Shown here one piece after another: positions 1-9,622 of a stretch of DNA of 32,636 nucleotides. The notes beneath the pieces are model-generated. The model worked only from the letters and a program-made list of their open reading frames with translations. It did no database searches and was not told the DNA's origin. Source of the DNA: Catajapyx aquilonaris (lineage: Eukaryota); NCBI GenBank assembly GCA_000934665.2, contig KZ538238.1:62001-94636 (forward strand), given 5' to 3'. The first letter of the stretch is position 1; each line of letters begins with the position of its first letter. The translations under genes were made by a program, and so were the position numbers.

Positions 1-273
1 AAATCTGCATAATTCCAACTCCAGAAACGCTTCCAAGCGCTTATTATCACCTAGTGAGTGTTAAGGTTGGAGAGACCCATTAGAATACATAAAGCTAACG
101 CTTTCTCTCGGTTAGGAAAAGGCAAGTCCTTTACTCCTTGCAAGAGGAGCAATCTTCGATGGCACCAGCACCTGTTATGAATAAATTTGCATCGGGTAGA
201 CCCACCCAAGCCTTTCCTTAGTTTCTAGTGTACCTACTCCGAGCACACTTTGCCCTCTGGCCTCACATCATGT

Positions 274-287
274 GAGAGAGAGAGAGA
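274..287. repeat. (GA)7 microsatellite
   Basis: Directly visible. Confidence 0.85.
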
Positions 288-3121
288 TAGACCGTTCTCC
301 CCAGTGACAAAACCTAGAAACTCGGCTTGAGTTGGGAAAATAAGGACTCCCCAGAGGTCCTTTCCATACCTGGCGTGCCTCGAGAGGACGCCCATTATTA
401 AATTTCCACTAAGCTGCAACGGGTATTTTTCCGAGGTAATGAGGAGTCAGGGAACTGGGGCTGGGAAAAACGAACCTCGAGAAATCCTTTTTGTGTATTC
501 TAAAAATTAAATGTATTCCGTTACCGAAGCACAAAAGAGGCTTACCTAAACTTTAAATTGGCCATGTAAATCGCGGCATCCGCTGGTCTTTCAAACGCAA
601 GCGAAAAACTAATTCAATAATGGGGACCTAAAGCAGCATCACATATTCTAATCAGGACAATGTGATATGTTCCAACATATAAGTGAACTCCTATATAGAT
701 ATAAAGTAAATAAAGCCAAGACACTCCTAATGATGAACATAAGCTTCATGTGACACGTAAACAATAAACTAAAATTTGTTTGGACAAAAAAAAAATTGAT
801 TGATTTACGTGCTCATTAACACAACCAACAAACAATGCCAGGTCATTTCGAGGCAACAAATTCATTTTCGATTTACCGCCGCAAAATTATGATGCGGCAC
901 CGTACGTCAAGATAATAGTTCATAATTATGGCAGAGTCGCAACATTTCAAAATCATCTAAGTGGACTTAACACGTTTTTGGTCCGATTCATCCACTAGAG
1001 AGTGGACACAAATTAAGTGATCCGCAAATTTTTTTTTTACAAAAAAAAAAGTATGGCTCCACTATTTTGTCCTGGGAGCCAATTATTGTGATTGTTTGTG
1101 CTAGCTTATGACCTGGAAACCAATTATCGATAACCCTCCATCGTCCCTTTTTTTGAGCTCGTTCATGTAAGTAGGCACTTATTCTCCTCAAAAAGGCGCA
1201 TCAACAAATGTACACATTCGCAAAAAAAATGGGGAAATTTAATAGAAAATAATCATAAATATTCGCCCTCGTCCCATGTCCGTTGGTCAGTGCCTACGTA
1301 ATGTTTTAACATGCCAATTAACGTATGGTTAAACTTTTCCACTTGACCATTTGCGGCTGCATGATAAGGGGTTGTCTGTATGGCGTCCTCACAATTTACG
1401 TTTTGTGAAACAAAAAAAAGTGCATTTCGGCACCCGGAATTTCAAAAAAAAAAATCATTTTTCTCTCCTTTTCAAGCACTCTATTGATTAAATTACATTC
1501 CATTTCTCCTTCGGGGGATATACCTGCCAGATGTGGAGCGAGAAAAGTTAGCCAACTATCGATTGATGCCTATCTCAAATATAAAAAAAGAAAGAAAGAG
1601 GAGAGAACCGCTTGAACAATCCGAGCAGGCGTCATGATGAGTACCAATCAATTCAATCATCCGTACATGACCACAATGCCCCAAAAACAACACGAGGCAA
1701 GATTATCCGGACTTTACTATACCAATATCCAGACATAGAAATAGCAAAGCATTAATCATATATCCGGATATTTAAAAAAAAAAAAACAGGTTCAGCCTTT
1801 GAAGTAGTAAGGAGAGGAATTAATGTTGCTTTTTTATATCAGTCTTTTAATTTTCACTTCCCTGCTTCAGTTTGGCATAGAGATGCCCTTGCACTCTCAA
1901 CTACCATCCTCCCAATGCTGCCAAGGCAGTAAATTTTTGACAACTTCTGAAGACGCCAGCCTCCCGAGAGAAGAAGGATGAAAGAAGAGGAGAAAAAAAA
2001 GAGTTGTAATTTAAGTAGAAGTGGCGCCAGAGCCATTTCCACGAGACGAAATGGCTTCAAAGCTGTTGCTATGATATACAAAGTGGACACTTAACAACAC
2101 CTACGTCTCGAAATGCCAAGCGTGCATTAAAAGTGCAGAAGATGCTGCTTGCACAAAAAAAAAATGGATGCCTGCAGATGACACTTTTTTTTGTCAACAG
2201 TAATTCATCCTAGAATGTCCACCACCCCGTTGCACAATCGAGCATTGAGTGTAGCCCTTCACAGTCAGGATATACACTTTCTCTTAACAAAACAATTGAG
2301 CAAGATCTGTAATTATTAGACATGCTTGGATGCCACCAAAACAATGCATAATGTAGCGAAGACCCCCCTCCATTTAAACGTCGATTCCCCAGCAAAAAGA
2401 GGTCAAGACTCACTTAACCTGAAGCGGGGAATGCCAGACAAACATGTCGACAATTTCCAGCATCCGGTGAGGCGGAATCCGGAGCAGCAGCATCGGCTAC
2501 TTGTCGCCCGGACGCCCTCCGGATAAATTATTTACCTTGTCGCAGCAAGACCCCTTTGCACAAGAAGCCTTCTCTCTTCGCTCCAACGGAAGACAGTGAG
2601 AAACACACGAATTCGTCTTTGCCTGGTTCCTTTTTTTTGAGGGGGGGGGGGGGGGGGGGGNGGGAGTACCGGATAACTATGAATACATTTTTTTCCCCCA
2701 GGCGAAATGGTATAATCTTTCTTAATAACTATAATTAAGCATTGGAGCTCACACACTGCGGTTTTCCTTTTGTTGAAATATTTCCGTATATAGGAAGCTA
2801 ACAAGCTATTCAGCCAGATAATACAAAGTTAGGTAGAACCCTGTAGGCAAAATCTTGCAATATTATCCGTCGGGATTACTAATAATTAATCCAAGTTGCG
2901 CGCCTCATGAATTAATAAGTTACCTCAACTCTCGTGGCACTCAGATCGAATTCTCCCCCCATCATTTTAAACCACCGCACCTGGATGGCTAGACTTTCAC
3001 ATGAAATGTGATCACCACAATAATTATTGTGGGTAGTAATGAACTCAACAATTATTAGTAATGGTCCCAACAGTGAAGCAACCGATAGAAAATTATTGTG
3101 CCATCAAATCTGTCTTTTCCG

Positions 3122-3204
3122 TCTGTTGTTTGTCCGAGCTGGTAGTACCGCTACCGCTCGCACAGTGGCAGGAGTGTGCAGAAGATCGATACGCCATCTG
3201 TGCG
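3122..3204 (+). repeat. Dispersed structured repeat, copy 1 (partner at 32287-32367)
   Basis: Ungapped alignment at offset 29165 gives 44/61 identity over 3122-3182, including the identical 17-mer TGGCAGGAGTGTGCAGA. Both copies are then followed by CGCCATCT(G/A)TGCG. Confidence 0.85.
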
Positions 3205-3419
3205 AAATGTATGGTACGTTTTGCCAAGGAATGCACTACTAGAAAACAATTTCAAGCAGGGTCACGTAATTATAGACTAATTGCAGATGCATAATCACCA
3301 CAACATTCACATGCAAATTGCAATCAGTAATGATTGGCAAATCACACGAGCGTTATTCGAGTATACTTTTTCGACCTTGAGATAAGAGTGAATTCCCCAA
3401 AAAACCGTTAGTGGTCGGT

Positions 3420-3545
3420 CACCGGAAGTTGACCATGTCACGCTGAATCCGAATCCAAAAACCGATTGTCGCTATCTCCTGCGGTTTGTGCCCTGATACC
3501 TGTCCACGGACGGACAGACGGACAGAGCTGTTCTAGTTTTTTTTC
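3420..3545. mobile_element. Possible DINE-1/Helentron-associated (HINE)-like fragment
   Basis: (GACG/GACA)n microsatellite at 3506-3525, preceded by GCTGAATCCGAATCC...GCTATCTC and followed by a T run. The layout is reminiscent of arthropod DINE-1-like elements; resemblance is from memory only. Confidence 0.3.
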
Positions 3546-3597
3546 CCGGTGAGTAAACGTCTAAGGGCCGATTTTTCCTTGTTTTAAGTTCGGTTAA

Positions 3598-3736
3598 GGG
3601 CCGGTTTCACCAAGCTCAGTATATTATAAATCCGAGTTTATTTTTCGAAAAATCCTCAGTTTTAATTTATTGTTGGCTACAATTCTTCTTATAACCGAGG
3701 TTCTAAGTTATACTGATGAGTTCGGTGGAACTGTCC
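3598..3736. mobile_element. Degenerate PIF/Harbinger-like MITE
   Basis: Left end TAA|GGGCCGGTTTCACCAAGCTCAGTATA versus right end TATACTGA(TGA)GTTCGGTGGAACTGTCC (imperfect inverse), with an AT-rich interior. The right-hand TSD is not conserved. Confidence 0.5.
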
Positions 3737-4528
3737 AGTTCAGAGATTCTTTACCGGAACTTGAACTGGGGTTTACATTATATACTGTTCGAAAAAAATA
3801 GTTAAAAAAAAACTATAGTGACATCTGTCCAACCACAACAATAATAATTCTTCCCCCAGTACCTCCAACATTATGCTCCCGGAAAAACACCCTCTCTCAT
3901 TACTTCTAAACAAGAATCTCATTTGCATCCCTTAACAATGCGGCATTGCATACCCATTCGTATATATATCCCCGAGAACAATTGTGCTGCTCACCCCCCA
4001 AAAAGTTGCGTTGCGTGAATCCGGTGCGTCCGGGTGCATCTTTATTGGGCGAGGCAGGTTTCCGGGGATGGGGGGGTTGGTTGGATGGGGAGATGGGGAG
4101 GGGAGAATCCGGGGCGGTAGAGTAGTGGAGCGGCCTGTAGCTCCGGAGCCACAGTCCCGGTTGCGTGAGTGCGGACCACATCGAGGGATATAAGGGAAGG
4201 GGGAAAAAAGATATAGAGAGAAAAGGGCCCACAAGAAGTGTAAATAAGTGAAGGATGAGTGTCCTTTGGTCACCAGAGTGCGCGGGTGCCTCCTATGCAA
4301 ATCGTGGGGTGTGATCATCTGCCGGCCTCAGACAACCGCCGTCCCAAGCCCCTCCTCCTACTCCTCGCGACCAATACGAGGAAGCGAAGGAAACGAAAAA
4401 AAGGGACAAAAAACGAGGGTCCAAGACCTATATTTTACGGGTGATTGTTTCAGAAATAAACACGATAGGCTCTACCGGGTTCAGTGAATCGGTGAGTATC
4501 AGGTTCATAACCCCCCTCCTTGAAAGTT

Positions 4529-4583
4529 GGGTTCATACGGACGTCGTTGGTCGTTGGGTCGAAGCTAACGTCCGTGTGAACCC
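4529..4583 (+). other. Stem-loop (16-bp stem, 23-nt loop region), pre-miRNA-sized
   Basis: GGGTTCATACGGACGT (4529-4544) pairs fully with ACGTCCGTGTGAACCC (4568-4583), with one G-U pair on the + strand. Confidence 0.6.
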
Positions 4584-4644
4584 CGCTGGAACCCTGTGTG
4601 GTTGGTGACACTGTCTGATTTGAATTTGCCGCCAAAACCGACCA

Positions 4645-5047
4645 GATTTAAACTGAGCGTGTAAAGTTACACAACGTCTCTGAATTCCGCAACACAACGT
4701 TGGGTCCATTTTTAAATAAAAAATGGAAAAATTATGTGACAATTTTTATAGCGACCTAAAATTTGGGTTAAATTGGGATTTAAATTAATTGGGATTTAAA
4801 CGGAGCGTGTGATGTTACACAACGTCTCTGAATTCCGCATCACAATGTTTCGTCAATTTTAAAAAAATCTAACAAATAGTGACAATTTTTATAGCACTCT
4901 TTTTGAGTTAAATTGGGACTTAAATGCAATTAATTAAATTGGGATTTAAACGGAGCGTGTCAAGAATTCTGCTCGCAGTACAACGTTGCGTCCATTTTTT
5001 AAAAATTGTCTATAGCAACCTAAAATTTTTTCAGTTTAATTGTGATC
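4645..5047. repeat. Degenerate tandem repeat, ~148-150-bp unit, ~2.7 copies
   Basis: Units start GATTTAAAC(T/G)GAGCGTGT at 4645, 4793 and 4943. Units 1 and 2 share GTTACACAACGTCTCTGAATTCCGCA and GTGACAATTTTTATAGC; unit 3 is internally deleted. Confidence 0.9.
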
Positions 5048-5683
5048 TTTCGCTGGACCAATTTGTGCTAAAAGGTCAATGTGCTGAACACACCTGTTTC
5101 TGCCGGCATACATGCTCAACAATTTTATACAGTACACTGGTCGAGTATTCGGAATATTGTTGGTTCACTCTTTTTGTCTAGTTAAAAAATCCACTTTTTT
5201 TGCTGTATTAACACCTGTGAACGATCACACATTCCATTCTCATTTTGTGTGTCAAAAAAAACAAAACTAGGTTACAGGGTATTCCCATCCGTAATTCCCA
5301 TTTACGTCGGTGGGGGTATTAATTTTCAATCTCACGCCGAATAATGTACTGCTTGTAAAACACTATGTCTACTCATCTCACATGCATTGTGCTTGAACAG
5401 TGCACATCCCAGCACCCCTTCCTCTCTCAACCCCCCCTCCACAAAAAGGTCGAACATACCAACTGTGGTTGGAAAGGTCGGCGATAATAAGCCGACGTAA
5501 CGTCTGCATAAAATATGAACGCATTTTTTTTTGCGTTCCTATAGCCCCCCCTTTTGTAATCCCAAAACCACAGTTTCGATCAGCTTTCCAAATCTCACGA
5601 GTAAATTTTTTTATACATCTCTGGATTAATCACTGTGGCATTGGCCTAAAACTTATCAACTTAAAAAAATAAAAGGAGCGGTC

Positions 5684-5754
5684 GTTTTTTGTTTTTTTGT
5701 TTTGTTTTGTTTTGTTTTGTTTGTTTTTTTTTTTTTTTTGGGGGGGGGGGGGGG
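5684..5754. repeat. (GTTTT)n / poly-T / poly-G simple repeat
   Basis: Directly visible low-complexity run ending in G15 (5740-5754). Confidence 0.9.
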
Positions 5755-8700
5755 TTCGTTTGGTCCGTTGCATTCGTAAGTACCCGTAGCATCGTAACCT
5801 GGAGGTAAAGAACAGTGTTCATGCAATATAGAGAGCGCCGCAGTTTCCTCTCGGAGCACGGGGTCGACCACACGTATATTGCTCTTGAGAGACAACCATT
5901 GCGGACGTGTCACGCCTTTGCCCTTGATTGTGACGTCAAATGCTGTAGTTTCCCCCCCAGCAGATCAGAGGGACTAACGATTTCAATCAGCTGCAGAAAA
6001 ACTGTCCTCCCTCCCAAAAAAAAATCCGCCCCAATGCAGTCAAGATTGTGGCAAAGATACAAATCTGGCAATATCCCAAAAAAAACAAAAAACGCATTGC
6101 CAAAAATAGTGAGACACATGCACCGATATTTCCAACAATAAAAAAATGCAAATTCCTACAATCGCCCTTTTTTTAAAAAAACGGTTCCTTTTCACATGCA
6201 AGCGAGCAGTTCTTACAAGCTGTTATTTCGAGCTAATTACAAGGTTCGCAGTTTAGCATCGTTAAAAAGACCCAAGGGGTCCTCCCAGCAGCAGTCGACG
6301 AGAGAGAGGAAACTGGATACTGTCGGATGTACTGTACATACAGTTGCAATTTCATTTTATACTACAAGGAAGGTATATATTTGGTGCGCTTTTGACGCCC
6401 ATATAAAGGGAAACTCAATTCGGAAAATTAGCAAAGCTAGACTGGACTGTAAAGGGGATGCGCTTGTTTCGATACTTTTAATCGACCGCAACACTTTCGA
6501 CAGAACTGAATTTTTAATTATTTTACTTTGTACAGAATGTTGCATGGAAAATTTTCCAATACAATTGGGCCACTTCCAAATACAATACAGGGGGGGGGGG
6601 GGNNNNNNGAATTGCAATGTTGTATCGAATATCTTACGTCTAAAATTCTGTACTGACGTACTGTACAACGTTTTCTTTATAGAAGTGTGATGATTTTGTG
6701 TGACGGTCCTGGCACCTCCAGACCACCAATCCAGATGTAATCATAAGTTCTGAAAGTGCAAGACGTCCCATTTCCATCCCCTGAAAATTTTACAAGACAA
6801 GACCCTTCCTCTTCAGCATTTTTAATTAATTCTATGGGTCCTTTTCCCCCATCCCAGAGAAAACTCCATCCTTTCCCATCTCCCTATCCTTTTCCTAATT
6901 GCTCTTTTGAATGCTCCCCTTCTCCTAACTTTACGCTGCTTGAGTGTGGCCTTTTTTCCCCCCCTTAAAATATACGGTGGCACAAATGCGTCACTTCTGC
7001 TGCAAGTTCAGCGATATCAACTCCTTGCTTGCGTCTTGTTCCATAAATGGAAACCAAAAAAAAAAGGACGTTTTACTCGACACAAAACAACTGGCCCATT
7101 TTTCAGGCATGTTTTCCTCCTGTCATGGATAAAAGAAACTTGGCTGCACGCAAGACAAACACGTGGACCCAAAGATGTCCGTAAATGACCGTTCAAGAAT
7201 TGATTTACTGAAGACACTTGGCAATAAATTAGATAAAAATTAATATACCCTATAATCAATTCCCAGAAATTTGAAAAATAAATAAAATATATCAGTTATT
7301 TCTGGTTTCATTTTGAAACACAGGGAGTCGAAAATACTGTTTAATAATATTATTGGGGGGTTTATTGATGTACAGCACAACTTTTGATTTTGGCTTATAG
7401 TATTCTCCAGTTTTCACTACGTATGCCATTCAAATATTTAAAATAAGCATATTATACCCACTTTCATTATTACAAAGGCCGACCTGTCCAGAAACAACAA
7501 AAGTTATGTATGCTATAAAATCTGTACAGTTTCAGGTCCGTTTCTGGCTATATGGCAGTAGAAATAGTAGTAATATCATAACTTCGAAGTCTAACTTTTC
7601 ACAATTCCATGAACTGTGTGGGGGAGGAAATGGTTTTACTTCCACACCAGACATTATTGGCAACAATATGCAACACAGCGAAACTCACGGGGAAACCAGG
7701 TATACGTATGAACAAGTCTGGTATTAAGTATAATGTACTCAAGCTTTGTGCTCGCAAAACCGCAGCAAAATTATATACATTTTTTGGGGGGTCCGATTAT
7801 AGGAAAATTGGTGCTTTAAAAAACTCTTTTTGCTGTTGACAAGTTTTAACAATTATAATTTACCCAATGACAAAAAAGTATGCCTTATTCATTTTCATTC
7901 GTAATATTCCACAGTAAACTGTGTTGCGGGTTTGCATCCGTTTATGTTGAATAATGTCTATCAAAATATCCTCATTTTTCAAAACACTTCACCCTGAAGG
8001 TTACACATCCTGTAAAAATTTGTCACAACAACCTGTCGTTTAAAATCGTCCCACTTTTTTTTTTTTTAAACCGGCCCATTCTCTTGAATAACTCAGTGTA
8101 TCAGCAGTACAGTGTGGAAAAATAATCCCATTGACCTGCAAACCTCCATCGGCAATGTAAACACACTGTATAAGGCATCAATTCAAACCCGCAAAAAAAA
8201 AAAAAAAAAAATGGGGACATGCTTTCACCACAATGGGGTTCAGAGAAAGCAATATCTGGGCAAAACATACGCCACAGCTTCCTCAACCTCCCTATATATT
8301 CATAAATAAATAATCCACCTTTCCGCAAGCCAGAAACAACCAACCCTCACCTGCACTTCTCCAATAAATAATTCGCACATTAGTACTCCATTTAATCCTC
8401 TTTTTTTAAAAACTCCGCAGTTTATCGTCCGGAACCAAAGTATAAACTAATGTGAAAACTGGTCAGGAATTTTTTGGGGGGTTGTAAAAAAAAAAAAAAA
8501 ACGGAAGTGTAAAAACCCTCTGAATAGCATATTCCATTAGCATGTGGCTGAATTCAACAGGAGTTGCTCACAGGAAACGTAACATCAAATTTTCACCTCC
8601 ACTCCTGCGGAACTAAACTACAGAGAGATACACCGGAACGCCAAAGTCAAGGGCTTCAATGGCTGGTCAGAGACGAGCTCCGAATTTTTGTTGGGGGGGT

Positions 8701-9546
8701 TCCGGTTGGACCAAATGGTGTCTGCTGGAATTTCGAATCTTTTGACTAAGGATCCATGATACAGATGGAAATCCTAAGTCTTTTCCTAATTCAGTCCACG
8801 CACACAATTAGACCTGTGCACCAATTGCCAATCAGTCGGAAAGGGGCAGCCTCTCCCATTATTTTTTTTTTCGGTGGTCCTTTGAGGCTGTGGTGGACCA
8901 CTTCCCCCAAACCGCCTTTTGCAATTAAACTCCGGCGGTTATTTCCGTGAATGTCTTCATTAATCCCCGTAGTTGTAAGTGGGAACGACCGATGCAATTT
9001 TGTCTCCCTTTTCCGGAGGAGTATCACCAAAAAAAAAAAAAAAAAATCACGTAATCAGCACACTGTCATATGAAACAAAAAAAAAGTGTGTCCAAACAAG
9101 TTTCCTTTTGGGCTCCTCCGAAGTGTAAATCCCCCCCTCCCTCTGGAAAATCCACTTCCCCCCCACCTGATTACATCCTTTTTCCGCAGCTAGGAAATTC
9201 CGCTTTTCGTTTTCCGGGCTAGTGACTGGCATTACTTGCCTTTATAATGGCCAGACACCAAACTCCGAGGGGCGCCTTTAGCCTCCACATCCTTCCTTCC
9301 ACCACACCGTATTAGAGCTCCGGAATTTCCCCCCCCTTTCCTCCCCGTATATAAGAGCCTAAATGAAATTTGAATTTTGACCCCCAGCCCGCCCCCCAAG
9401 TTTCACGGGCTTTATTCCGGCCTGGTGATTGCGTCCTTCGTGGTGATGGCCTCAGAACATATTCAGGAGGACGGAATCACCCAGTGAGGGCCACATTTTG
9501 TTAATGAAAAACCTACGGAAATTTTTAGGACACTTAACTTGGTGTA

Positions 9547-9622
9547 CCACCAGAGGCGCTGCCTCTCCCCTATTGCGCAGGCGTAGAACAGGAGGGCTAA
9601 CAAATAGGGCGAGCCAATCAGA
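9547..9622 (+). promoter_or_regulatory. Composite motif cassette A: CTCF-like + NRF1/Ewg-like + CCAAT box
   Basis: CCACCAGAGGCGCTG (9547-9561), GCGCAGGCGTAGAAC (9575-9589), CCAATCAGA (9614-9622). The same three blocks recur inverted at 20730-20804. Confidence 0.5.

Noticed and set aside
3906..4487. Overlapping 60-128-aa ORFs in the GC-rich island
   Set aside because: Low-complexity products on both strands, with no codon bias or domain. Local GC richness explains them.
6196..6690. 164-aa ORF
   Set aside because: It runs through a poly-G tract and an N gap, with no coding-like composition or recognisable homology.
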